Assembly: GCF_006345805.1 (NCBI RefSeq)
Contig: NC_043015.1
Span: 44,144,001 to 44,208,000 of the forward strand
Length of the DNA stretch: 64,000 bases
Direction of reading: 5' to 3'
Source: Octopus sinensis
Taxonomy: Eukaryota
The position numbers and the translations under genes were made by a program. Under the pieces are notes generated by a model. It was given only the letters and a program-made list of their open reading frames with translations. It ran no database searches and had not been told where the DNA came from. The first letter of the stretch is position 1. Every line of letters starts with the position of its first letter. Shown here piece after piece: positions 13,791 through 26,250 of this stretch.

Positions 13791-13899
13791 TTCTACAATA
13801 TATATTGAACACTCTCCTTCTATTTGTCCGATATAAATCAGTATACAAGCAACACACACACACACGCACATACACATAGACACAATCACACACACATAC

Positions 13900-14080
13900 A
13901 GACCGTGCGTTGTGTTCCTGACCCAAATCCTTCATTTCCCGGTGACCCTGTTGATTGAGTTGTCAATGCGTAATCCTCCAACAGACTGGCGTCCTGTTCA
14001 GAGGGAAAGTTGTTATTTCGGACACTTATACGACATTGAAACCGGGTAACGAACCCTATCAGTTCTAGGACCCGGGACAG
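13900..14080 (+). mobile_element. Diverged SINE fragment with V-domain-like motif
   Basis: GACTGGCGTCCTGTTCAG...GAAACCGGG resembles the tails at 43550-43620 and 52150-52215. Confidence 0.55.
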
Positions 14081-14133
14081 TAAATTACTTACTTTAATTA
14101 GTAAGCCCTCTACATATTTTTTGAGACTGTTAC

Positions 14134-14427
14134 CTATTATATTGATTTCTTTCGAGGAACCGCTAAGTTACAGGGTCATAAACACACCAGTACTGGTTGT
14201 CAAGCGGTGGTGGCAGCCAGACACAATCATAAAGACAGACACACACATATACACCCACACAATTGACGGGATTCTTCCAGTTTCCGTCTACAAAATCAAT
14301 TCAAAATGCTTTGGTCGAAATCGAGGCTATAGTAGAACACACCTGCCCAAGGTCTCACGCAGCGGGACTGAACCGGGAACCATGGGGCTGGGCAGCAAGC
14401 TTCTTACCACGCAGCCACGCCTGCGCC
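14134..14427 (-). mobile_element. SINE family A, diverged
   Basis: Collinear with family A. Confidence 0.82.
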
Positions 14428-14619
14428 CATTATAGAATCTGCCGACGTTAGTCATATAATTTTTCAAAATGTCGCAGTGGTTGCGGATATGAAAAGAATG
14501 TGAACCAGGAACTAAGCAATTCTCTGCATTTTCGTCGTAATTTCTGAATATCTCTCCCCCCCCTCTCTCTCTCTCTCGCACTTGTGTGATTTTTAAAGCA
14601 TCTTGGTAATGACTGGGCA

Positions 14620-14845
14620 TGAGCTGGCAGAAACGTTAGCGCGCCGGGCGAAATGCTTAGCGGTATTTCGTCTGTCATTACGTTCTGAGTTCAAATTCCG
14701 CCGAGGACGACTTTGCTTTTCATCCTTTCGGGGTCGATAAATAAAGTACCAGTTTCGCACTGGGTTAGATGTAATCGACTTAATCCCTTTGTCTGTCCTT
14801 GTTTGTCCCCTCTGTGTTTAGCCCCTTGTGGGTAATAAAGAAATA
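14620..14845 (+). mobile_element. SINE family B (ends at the assembly gap)
   Basis: Full monomer ending AAAGAAATA. Confidence 0.9.
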
Positions 14846-14945
14846 NNNNNNNNNNNNNNNNNNNNNNNNNNNNNNNNNNNNNNNNNNNNNNNNNNNNNNN
14901 NNNNNNNNNNNNNNNNNNNNNNNNNNNNNNNNNNNNNNNNNNNNN
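14846..14945. other. Assembly gap (100 N)
   Basis: Run of n. Confidence 1.
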
Positions 14946-14990
<45 letters not shown>

Positions 14991-15004
14991 ATATATATAT
15001 ATAT

Positions 15005-15172
15005 GCGCAGGCGTGGCTGTGTGGTAAGAAGCTTGCTTTGCAACCATATGGTTCCGGGTTCAATCACGCTGCATGCCATTTTTGGCCAATGTCTTCTACT
15101 ATAGCATCGGGCCGACCAATGCCTTGTGAATGGATTTGGTAGACGAAAACTGAAATAAGCCCATCGTATATA
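15005..15172 (+). mobile_element. SINE family A, 5' half
   Basis: Matches the family A head up to GCCCATCGTATAT. Confidence 0.85.
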
Positions 15173-16036
15173 TACTGTAGTACAAGGCTGATGCTGCAGT
15201 ACAAGACACATACTGCGGTACAAGGTGATACTGCAGTACAAGATACGTACTGTATTACAAGACACATATTGCAGTACAAGACACATACCGCAGTACAAGA
15301 CACATACTGCGGTACAAGATACATACTACGGTACAAGACACATACTGCAGTACAAGATACATACTGCAGTACAAGACACATACTGCGGTACAAGACACAT
15401 ACTGCGGTACAAGGTACATACTGCGGTACAAGACACATACTGCGGTACAAGACACACACTGCAGTACAAGATACATACTGCAGTACTAACACATACTGCG
15501 GTACAAGACAATACTGCGGTACCAGGTACATAACTACTGCGGGACAGACACATACTGCGGTACAAGATACATACTGCAGTACAAGACACATACTGCAGTA
15601 CTAGATACATTACTGCGGTACAAGATACATACTGCGGTACAAGATACATACTGCAGTACAAGACACATACTGCGGTACAAGATACATACTGCGGTACAAG
15701 GTACATACTGCGGTACAAGATACATACTGCGGTACAAGACACATACTGCGGTACAAGATACATACTGCGGTACAAGACACATACTGCGGTACAAGGTACA
15801 TACTGCAGTACAAGACACATACTGCAGTACTAGACACATACTGCGGTACAAGACACATACTGCGGTACAAGGTACATACTGCGGTACAAGACACATACTG
15901 CGGTACAAGATACATACTGCAGTACAAGACACATACTGCAGTACTAGATACATACTGCGGTACAAGATACATACTGCGGTACAAGACACATACTGCAGTA
16001 CAAGACACATACTGCAGTACAAGGCACATACTGCAA
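15173..16036 (+). repeat. 19-bp minisatellite, consensus TACTGCRGTACAAGAYACA, about 45 copies
   Basis: 19-bp periodicity read directly. Confidence 0.95.
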
Positions 16037-16914
16037 GTTATAACAAAATGTTAGTGAAATATTTTAAGTGTTTACATTTGGATAGATAAACAAATATAAC
16101 AAAATAATTTGACAAAAGGATGTGAATTTTTAATTATTTTCTGAGATTTTACAGAAACAACAAATATATTATTAAAAAAAAAACAAAAATATTTTTCGAT
16201 TTAGCTATATAGATTAAGCTATTGGTTATCTTACTCTTTGACGGACCTGGTATTTTTGCAGGTTTCCACGTTATCTGTGTTCCAACCACTTTCAGCATTT
16301 TCTCAAATTGACGGCTCTTCATCAGGTTTCTACTTAACTATGTTCTACGTATTTTGCATAACAGGATGGAGACAAACCTTTTAATGTATCAAAAGATTAC
16401 ATTGACTATGCACAACTTCTCTAGTAACATCTTGTTCAAGAGGTGTTTCTAGTTATAGATTTGCATCTTGTCTGGTAGTATTCTGCTGAATACGCGCCTC
16501 ACTTTTTCTGATAGTTTCAAGACTATTCCGCGCTCTATTCCTGTGATCTGTGCTTTTCTTGGCCACTGGCGACATCTTTGTTTGCCAGCAGCGTCTTTAT
16601 GTGAATCGTCGCTGTGGAATTATTGCTGGGTACATAACATCTACAATAGGTTAAACGGTAGTATGGTAAAGCGAAATTGAAGAAATGTGAATTTAAAAAG
16701 TAATGCAAATGTCAAAGCAAAAGAAATTTACGAACGGTTTACAAATTTGAGTTTTGAATATTTAATCTGAATGAAAATAGACATAAAAATGTCACGAAAA
16801 AGACCAGCAAAACAAAAAAAGACAAAAAATTAATAAAATACAAGACTGAAATGACGATATATAGAAACAACCGTAAAAAAATATTATATTTATCGAGCGG
16901 GAGCATTTATATCA

Positions 16915-17074
16915 GTATCTATAAAGCTGAAATGCGAAAAAGTTGTTTGATTTCTTGGTTATTTGTCTCATTTTGGGATGGGGTCGGATTGGCGCCAAAA
17001 TTTACACTGGGGGGTAAAATAGGGTGGGCAATGGTGTGAGGAAGGTTGCAAGTCGCTCGGGGTTACTGTTTAGT
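16915..17074 (+). mobile_element. Degenerate Helitron-like non-autonomous element
   Basis: Start TATCTATAAAGCTGAA resembles 56888; end GCTCGGGGTTACTGTTTAGT resembles the 57260-57272 end. Confidence 0.4.
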
Positions 17075-17139
17075 TGCTTCACCACCAAAAGCTAGTCTTT
17101 TTTTTTTTAAAGGAAAAATTTAACAAGTCAGTCAGTCAC

Positions 17140-17375
17140 CGGCTGACACTCGCTGACGATACATCGGAGAGACCAGGGAACAGAAGAAAGAAGAAGAAAG
17201 AAGACATGCACCCAACACCAGAGCTGAAGACACCTCCGAAAGGGGGGGTGGCGCCACGTCAAAACGGTAGAGGAGTAGGGGCCGAAACCGGACGTGGTTC
17301 CTCCTGATGATGTCTTGAGCTGTCTGGATCCTATAAAGGAGCTGTTGTGGTAGCAGACCACGAAACACAGTTAGT
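17140..17375 (+). mobile_element. Possible Penelope-like pseudo-LTR remnant with clustered hammerhead core motifs
   Basis: CTGACGA 17153, CTGAAGA 17224, CTGATGA 17304; GAAAC 17284 and 17362; TATAAA 17332; GC-rich island. Confidence 0.4.
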
Positions 17376-17855
17376 AATTCCTAACACACATTTTAACAGT
17401 CAGTAAATGCATAAATGAGTGATGTTTTTTTTAAAAGAAAAACCCACTTCTTTCGTTTTATTTTCTTTATGTGGGTTACCTTTCAAATTCATTAATCTGA
17501 ATGCTAGCTACGAAGAGCAAGAGCACACATCTTGCAAACTGCAGCAAATATGTTATGAAAAGATTATAGGTGATTTATTGATATCTTGCTGAATGGAAAA
17601 GTTTGCGAAAAATGGACATACGTCATTATGCCACAAGAAAAATGGCGAGAGAAATGAAAGGAAACGGAAGAGTAGTTAATGATGATAGAGAATCAAAAGT
17701 TACGAAGGTTGTTGAGATAGAAATCAAGATAGAGTATTAACATAAGGCAGCGAGAACTCATCTCAGACATTCCAGTATTTTCAGCCCTATAATTAGTTCG
17801 AAAATCAATATTTACAGTCAGTCACTAAACGTTGTAATATCTAATATACAAATAT

Positions 17856-18218
17856 ACTAGTTGGGTATCTTTTACTACTGGATAACTTTCACAATTGAAT
17901 GCATTGGTAGACTGTCGGAATAGCACACACTCTTCAGGTGGATTTTCTCCGTTTTGATGGGGATTTTAAAAGTTATTTTCCCAAAACACCCTTAAAAATA
18001 ATGGTGGGGTGGGGTTCTGGAAAGAGTTTTTGAAACTTAATGAATCCCAGCTTCACCACTTCCGGACCGATTTTGTTCATTTTTTATTGCGCTATGCACT
18101 TAAAAGCAAGAATTGTTTTCGGTAAAACAAAAAGTTTGAAAATATATGGAATTTTCAACCCCTCCCTCATTCAGTACCCACTCAGTACCGATAACTACAT
18201 ACACTCACATTTATATAG

Positions 18219-18220
<2 letters not shown>
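17856..18220 (-). mobile_element. Degenerate Helitron-like element
   Basis: Minus strand begins CTATATAAATGTGAGTGTATGT and ends CTAG|T at 17856; no terminal hairpin seen. Confidence 0.3.
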
Positions 18221-18267
<47 letters not shown>

Positions 18268-18948
18268 GACAAATGAACAAAACAGAAATTGGAATTCACG
18301 ATATTCTTCATTGATCTCAACGATCCCTTTGATCTATCGGTCCCTCGTTGTTGAAATATTATACAACTGGTTATAGAGCATCCTTCGGTGCAGATGGGTT
18401 TCGTCAGGCGATCCTTCAAAACCTACCTCGTTCAATAAACTCCGTTCGATTATAGAGCATGTCATTTGCCCGTAGGAGCTTGCCTGTAGGCGTCGTGATT
18501 TCAAAATGACATGGAATGGATAGTTTAATTTTTCATATATACAGGTAATATATCTGCATATAGTCGCTCGTAAATAAATGACAAAAAAAGAAAAGAATAG
18601 GCGTAAGATTATGTTGCTACGTATTTCGACATAAGCACACATACATAAAGCCGCGCGCGCATACACAAAAACACATACACACATGCATGTATGTATGTGC
18701 ATGTGTTTGCGCGTTTGTGTGTGTGTTTGACCGTATGTGTGTGTACATGTATGTCCGCATATTGGTGTGGTAAAGAATATTGTAAACACACGCAGTGGGA
18801 AGCCTCTATATTTATTTGCATATATACATGTATGTATGCATATATATGCATGTACGAATGCTTGCTTATACACGCGTGTATACATGTATGCATATATATT
18901 ACTGTAGGTACGTATGTATATGTATGCATATATATGTGCGTCTGCATA

Positions 18949-18990
<42 letters not shown>

Positions 18991-19769
18991 TATATACGTA
19001 CATACATACATACATACATACATACGTACATATATGCGTGTATGTTTATATATTAATGCGTATACTCGTATAGACAAATATATACGCTGCGCACACACAC
19101 ATACACACACTTACACACACATACAGGTATTTATATGAAAGAAGTTTCGATGCTCGTTAGAGAGAAAACAATTGAGCTTACAATATTATTAAGAGGTTTA
19201 CAAGATTAAGGTAAGTACAACATACGAGACTTGTAAAGTATAATTGATTTGAGATGTCTAAGAAAATGAATTGTAAAGTTATTATAAATATAATTTGTTA
19301 TAATATACAAAATACCGTTGAAGAAAAAGTTAAAGGGACGATGTGGACGTGGGTCTGAAGAGTCGAGTATGTATAATATTAGTCAGGAATATTAGAGAAA
19401 AGCGAATGAAAAAGTTTTTGTAAATTCTTAGAAGTTTATTATTGTAGTTGGAATTGTATGGTTGAAAATGTTACATGTTCCTATGGGAAATTAAATTGGA
19501 GCTTGTTAATTTAACTGAGTAGAAACTGAATCAAGTTACAGGTTATGTATGTATACAATTATATATGTATATATGTATATATATTTTGGTTTGAGGATCA
19601 AATAAGTGGTGTTAAAATGAGTGTTTGTTTATGTTATAAGGTTACTTGAAGTTAAAGTATATATATTGTATAACGCTGTGGGTGTCAGTTTTAGTGTGAA
19701 GTTTGCTAGTGACGTGTATGTTGAAATTAAATTTGTATTAATATGTACATTGAAAATTAAGGTGGTGTA

Positions 19770-20036
19770 CTGGCGCAATCGTTACTGCGCTGAGATAAAT
19801 GCTTAGCGGTATTTCCTCTGCCGCTACGTTCTGAGTTCAAATTCCGCCGGGTCGACTTTACCTTCCATCCTTTCGGGGTTGATAAACTAAGTACCAGTTA
19901 TGCACTGGGTCGATATAATCGACTAATCCGTTTGTCTGTCCTGTTTGTCCTCTCTTTGTTTAGCCCCTTGTGGGTAGTAAAAAACAGGTATACGTCTGCT
20001 TCTTCTGCTACGTTCGAGTCAAATTCCCGAGGTCAA
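19770..20036 (+). mobile_element. SINE family B, monomer plus partial second unit
   Basis: Body match; restarts at GTATACGTCTG near 19988. Confidence 0.85.
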
Positions 20037-20845
20037 GTTGAAGTATTTTCCAAGTGATTGTTAAAGAGAGGTATGTCAGTAAAGAAAATTCATGGGCTCT
20101 CCATTTAAGAAAGTTGTACATAAATTTTCTGATGATAATCTAAGACTTGGCACAGGAAAAACTATTCACGTGGAGATTGTAGTTGATTTGAGATTTAACA
20201 TGAAATTAATTCACAACTGATTTCCCGTTGCTCTTATTCTGATTACAAAAGGTACATGTATGATTGTTGCAACTTAATCTGAAGGGATTCATGATTTCAA
20301 ATTGATAACATCGCGACCAGTCAAAGGACATCTTTGAAGCCATGGTTCATGATCCGCAAGTCTAAGCAATATACTCTATTATGCTTCCACTTAGTATAGT
20401 GAATTTTATTTATGTTAAAGATTTTGTTCCAGCATAGAAATATAGCCTCATTCGTGATGTGGAATTATGGTGAGATAGACATGAATTGCATCATAATGAA
20501 GTTGAAAAATACTGAAAGGATAAATAAACCGAACAAGTGAAAAATCTGCTCAAACTTCAAGGAAAAAACTTATTTCAAATATCTTTTTCTGAATACGAAT
20601 CATTTTATCAAAAGTTGGAGAGCTTTTTTTGATTTGAGACGAAACAAGTAGTAAGGAAAATATCAAAAATATTGAGAGCGTAATAAGTTACCCCTTTAAA
20701 ACAGATACCTTCAATCATTAGAAGATAATGCATTTAAGTCAGTTAAAATAATAGCATTCGCAATAACATTCACAGAAAGTCATGATTAGAAAGGTTGAAG
20801 ACAAGCAATAAAATATTCGTTGATTTGGAAAAAGTGGAAAGATTG

Positions 20846-20856
20846 TCATCTATCTA

Positions 20857-20924
<68 letters not shown>

Positions 20925-20963
20925 GTCTATCTATCTATCTATTCTGTCTGTCTGTCCTGTCTG

Positions 20964-21019
<56 letters not shown>

Positions 21020-21023
21020 ACTA

Positions 21024-21103
<80 letters not shown>

Positions 21104-21215
21104 ACTGTGTATGTTTGTGTGTTGTTGTGTGTGTGTGTGTGATTTTTCTTTTTCTATGGTACTTGGTCAAATATCTTAAAATCTTGCATCGCAATCTAAC
21201 ACAACCCCAATTAAT

Positions 21216-21269
<54 letters not shown>

Positions 21270-21271
21270 TA

Positions 21272-21317
<46 letters not shown>

Positions 21318-21340
21318 TAATAATAATAATAATAATAATA
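20846..21340 (+). repeat. (TATC)n followed by (AAT)n microsatellites
   Basis: Direct reading. Confidence 0.95.
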
Positions 21341-21999
21341 AGGTTAAACTGCCCATGTATTTTAATTTAACCTTAAAAAAAAAATGAACGAACTATTGAG
21401 TTTGGTTTAATGGCCTACCAATGTATACTATGAGTTTCTTTGCCCTAGGAGTCGGGAAGACGCTCGGCAAGGAATGGAAGCAAATTTGAAAGAAGAAGAA
21501 AAGAAAAAAAAATAATAATAATACACGTTGGCTATTTTAATTTTAACGTAGAAAGATTAAACACAAGCCGTCTATGGTCACGACGTTATGTTTTTTACTA
21601 AACAATTCTTCTGCACTGATGAAATCAGTTGAAGTTGCACTGTCTCAGCTGATAAAAGTTTGTAATTTCTATTAGAATTATACAATATAACTAATGTATG
21701 TTATATCTTAATTGTTTGGGTTATTGTATTATATTGTTCATTTATATTTTTCAGTACATTTCGTATAATGTATTTTTTTCTCTTTCAAGCCTTTATTTCA
21801 GTTTTCTACAGGGTCTGGCTCTGCTGTCAACATAGAATTACCATCTTCGCATAGTTTTCATTGAATTTAAATGCTTACTATACATTTTCCTTTCATTTGT
21901 TTCAAATTTTTTTGCCCACAAAAGAACATCGTAATCTTTCTATTTAAGTGTGCATATGTGTACACTCACATATAAAGTATACGTACACGTAATTTGGCA

Positions 22000-22045
<46 letters not shown>

Positions 22046-22078
22046 ATATATGAGTGTGTGTGTGTATATATATATATG

Positions 22079-22147
<69 letters not shown>

Positions 22148-22479
22148 GTATATACATATACATATCCATGTATATGTATATACATAATTATGTTTGCATG
22201 TACACACACATACACTCACATACACACAGGCACACACACACATATATATAGCTAAGAAGTGAATGCGGTGGAAACAGCGTGGAATTATGTTCAAAGTTAC
22301 TTTTTACAGGACAAGCATTTTTATTATTGTTACGTTAAGTCACTTTAATAAAATGTTACCGGTTTCGATGTGCCTGTCCAGATATTAATCAGATATCAAT
22401 TAATCAGATATTAATTAATCAGATATTAATTTCAAATTTTGACACAAGGTCACCATAACACCCACCCCCCATATCCTTC

Positions 22480-23143
22480 TTTTTGAAGAACACAGGTTTA
22501 CGGAAGGTTTTCGGTGCTTCATTTTGGTTCAACCACTGCGAAGGACTATTTTTATTATTGTACAGAATCCACGTTTCATCCAAGTTACAATACGAGCAAG
22601 AAATGGATCGGTCTGGTTAAGGAGAAGAAGCGACGAGCAAATTTCATACCTGCGCATTTTCTTATTTTCATTCAAATTGTGTGGCACCCATTTGTCGAGC
22701 TCTTTCGATTTTCCGACCTCTCAAACAGATTTACATGGATCTTTCTCAATGACAGTCTTTAAATGACCGTCATCGATGATAAATAAGAGTCCATTATCCT
22801 CACGAGCTTCAAGGCTCAGGTTTCCACTGCGAAATCTCTTAAGTTACTTCCGAGTTACTCACTGTTCATTTCCTCACCAAATACTTCATTGATATCGCGA
22901 GCAGTTTCCTCTGCTTTACATCCTTCTTTGTATTTAAATAGCAAAATTGCTCGAATATCGCGCTTTGACAGTTCCATTTCAGATGATTGTAACAACGGTG
23001 AAAAAAATATCAATGTTAATTTATTGATACTTTGGGCAATACTGTGCCTGTATTGTGAGACAATTGCAAAAAAATGTTAAAGAAGTTCCAAACTCTGCAA
23101 AGATCCGGTACAAAACGTTGCTGACTTTTTGCTCAATCTGATA
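22480..23143 (-). mobile_element. Decayed mariner (DD34D-type) transposon, 5' half
   Basis: ATG 22977 MELSKRDIRAILLFKYKEG...ETARDINEVFG; LDKWVPHNL...DPFLARIVT/DETWILYNN; mariner-like TIR TATCAGATTGAGCAAAAAGT at 23143; stops, frameshifts and a deletion. Confidence 0.9.
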
Positions 23144-24403
23144 TTAAAGGAAGATGTGTATGTTTGTGTGTATGTGTGTGTGCGTGCGTATGCGTGTGTG
23201 TGTGTGCGTGTGTATGTACGCACGCGAGTTAAACAGAGAAAACCATATACATAATGGGACGCCCAATTAATTGAAAATTGACCAGTGATGTAATTATTTA
23301 ATAATACTGGAACCGAATTTCGTCACACGGTCAAATACGAATGAACTGAGTTTATTGATTCTATACCACACTCAAGTCTGTGGGAATGCTAAATAGGAGG
23401 GAAAGACGAAAATCGAAGGATAGCGATAGATAGATAGACAGACAAGCAGAGACGCATTAAGCTTCATAAGGAATTTAATTTTGTATTTTAAAACTCTAAA
23501 ATTTATGATTATCTGATGCAATTGCGTGCCATTTACTGATTACAAGCGTCTATCAGTTCGTGACTAGTTCCATTTAGATAGCAGATATAAGATATAAATT
23601 GATATAATCAAATATTCTCTGTTCCAGTGGATTACGGCAACGGATCTACCTACTTAAATTTTGAACTTGTAGATAAGTTAACCTCACAAGTATGAGTAAA
23701 AGTAGCTTCATATTTGACAAAACGCAGCTTCCATAACGAGCAAGGAAAACGTCTGCCATCTGACTGGCTGAAAGGCTCCTAATCTATCGATTCAGTGAGC
23801 TACATCTGAATAATATATAATTATAGTTATTATGGTTAATGTTTCATTTCTTGTCTTTAAGCTTTAATGTACTTCAGCGACGGCTTAGCTTTTCGTTATT
23901 GTTGAATTCCTATGTTGAGTAGAGTCACTAGTTGTTAAATCGCCATTTAATATTGAATTATTAGTTAATGTTTACAGACGACTCAGTAAAGGCGTCAGAG
24001 AGTTTGAAATGTTTTATGCAGCGTGTGAAGCTATGAAAATGGCAACTAATATAAGTTAATCGACCTGGCAGTAAGATATCTCTATTTCTTAAGAATCTTG
24101 TTCTTCAAATTATTCTGGTCACTCTTAAGTGTGAACAGCGAAGGAAAAGATATTCAATAATTTTCACTTCATTGCCTCTTGGCAAAAATGTCATTTCCAA
24201 AAATGCAATCTTTTCAATTGATCGAATGACATTTTTATATTATGTAAGCTCTCTCTTTCAAACTATCAAAGGATGTAACCCCATTTACTCCGTATTTTGT
24301 TCGTTTCTTTCTGAAAATTTTTGCTTCATTCTACCTCCTACTATTTGTGTTGCCATCCTTCTGAAAATATGTATATATATGTGTATGGATTTATCCATGT
24401 AAG

Positions 24404-24434
<31 letters not shown>

Positions 24435-24488
24435 TATATATATACTTACATTATATATATATATATACTTACTTATACAAGTATATAC

Positions 24489-24524
<36 letters not shown>

Positions 24525-24595
24525 ATGTGTATATGTATATATATATATGTATATATATATGTATGTATATATATATATGTATGTATGTATATATG

Positions 24596-24643
<48 letters not shown>

Positions 24644-24819
24644 TATACATACACATACATATAAGCATGTGTGTGTTTGTAAGTATTTATGTATAAATAT
24701 ATGCGGACATTGTATGTATATGTTCTATGTATGTATATGCACACATACACGCACACACATATATGTGTGTGTTTGTATGCATATATATATATATATGTTT
24801 GTTTCATGCACACACATAC

Positions 24820-25113
24820 ATAGGCTTAAAGTAACAGAAGCTAAAAAAATCACGTCAAAGGGGGTCATGACATAAAATATGATGAGTAAGATAAAAGTGG
24901 TTGTATGAGTATATCGTACACAATTATTGATTAATAAAAAGGTTTCCATATGATAGAAGAATTACCAGAAAAATCTAAGACATATGTTAGTGACCGTTTT
25001 CGCGCACCAAATTCCTCTCAAAAGGTGTTCATCAATTTCCTCAAGTATGTGGTAGAGTAGTATATACTTGAATAAATTACTGTGCAGTGTAGTAAAGCAC
25101 AGAACAACGAAGC

Positions 25114-25151
<38 letters not shown>

Positions 25152-25165
25152 AATATATATATATA

Positions 25166-25203
<38 letters not shown>

Positions 25204-26250
25204 ATCCATGTATATGCATATGTTTCATATATTTATATATAGGTTATAGAAATACATACATTCAGAGGAGGAGCACAGTGTTTACCCTGGGTTTCTCGCT
25301 CATAAGGGTTTGGCCTGTGATCTTTTTAAAATATGGAGGCGGAAAAGCCTCGATTTAAGGGTAAAAAACCAAGGTGATTATGTCCTTTTGTCATTGTTTT
25401 TCGATCTTCGGTCGCGCCGCCATCTTGTGGTTACCAAAGCATCACGAATGTAAACCATTGTCTCCCTTCGAGCTTGGCTATTGGCTTCAGGCTTGGGTGC
25501 TGTCATACGGATTGCAAAACTCCAACAGGAATTTTCTAAAGTGCGGACATGGTTCAAAGACCTTTGACCTGGACTTCAAGGTGCCCCCTGGCACGAGCGA
25601 GTCATTAAGGATCGTCGTGTACTCGGCAATGCATAACTTGCACCGTTTCGTCTCGTTTTTATGGGTGCCTGGTTCCTCGAGTATTTTCCATGCGATCGAG
25701 TATGGAATCTCCTCCTCTTATAATTGCCAGATACGGCTGGACAGCGATCTACTGCAAGTAGCTTCAGCGGCTTAAGTCAGCGCTAGAAGAAAAACGACCA
25801 TCTTTGGTTTCAAGATGAAAGTTGTTCTTCAATCAGGATGCATTAAATATAACATTTTATCAAAAATATTGGTGCCACATACCTTCATGTTTGGACACTA
25901 GTATATTGTATTACGTTATTTAAATCTGATGCATCTGAGTTTAGTGCTGTTATTTGTATTTGTGATCCGGTTTCTATTCCCCGTAAAGAGTAGAAGAATG
26001 TTGTAGAGATATACATTTATGATCTTTCTGTGTTCATCTTGTCTATTCTGTTGAGTCTTAGTTGAGTGAAATAGGTGTCCTCCTTATATTACGGTTTGCC
26101 CCTTGCCAAAAAGACATCTCTGCTTATAACATCGTTAACTTAAAACCATGTAGTAACTGTACGCGAATTGTGGCATTGTCCACCGTGGATGATTATGGCA
26201 GCAATGATACCAAATTTATGGGAAACTCGAGTCAGTGTTGTTTCACTTAA
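24820..26250 (-). mobile_element. Decayed Penelope-like retroelement 3' region (GIY-YIG endonuclease C-terminus plus pseudo-LTR remnant)
   Basis: 25753-25502 reads SLSSRIWQL*EEEIPYSIAWKIL...KRCKLCIAE...TLKSRSKVFEPCPHFRKFLL; a Cys-rich segment and NVIFNA lie upstream near 25850; degenerate hammerhead at 25035-24992. Outer limits approximate. Confidence 0.75.

Noticed and set aside
15173-16036. CRISPR-like array or repeat protein
   Set aside because: Units are contiguous with no unique spacers, there are no cas genes, and a 19-bp unit is not a multiple of three.
16290-16326. CTGATGAAGAGCC on the minus strand as a hammerhead
   Set aside because: No complementary stem II strand followed by GAAA.
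19140-19765. Strand-skewed segment as a decayed retroelement
   Set aside because: No recognisable protein motif in the frames I read.
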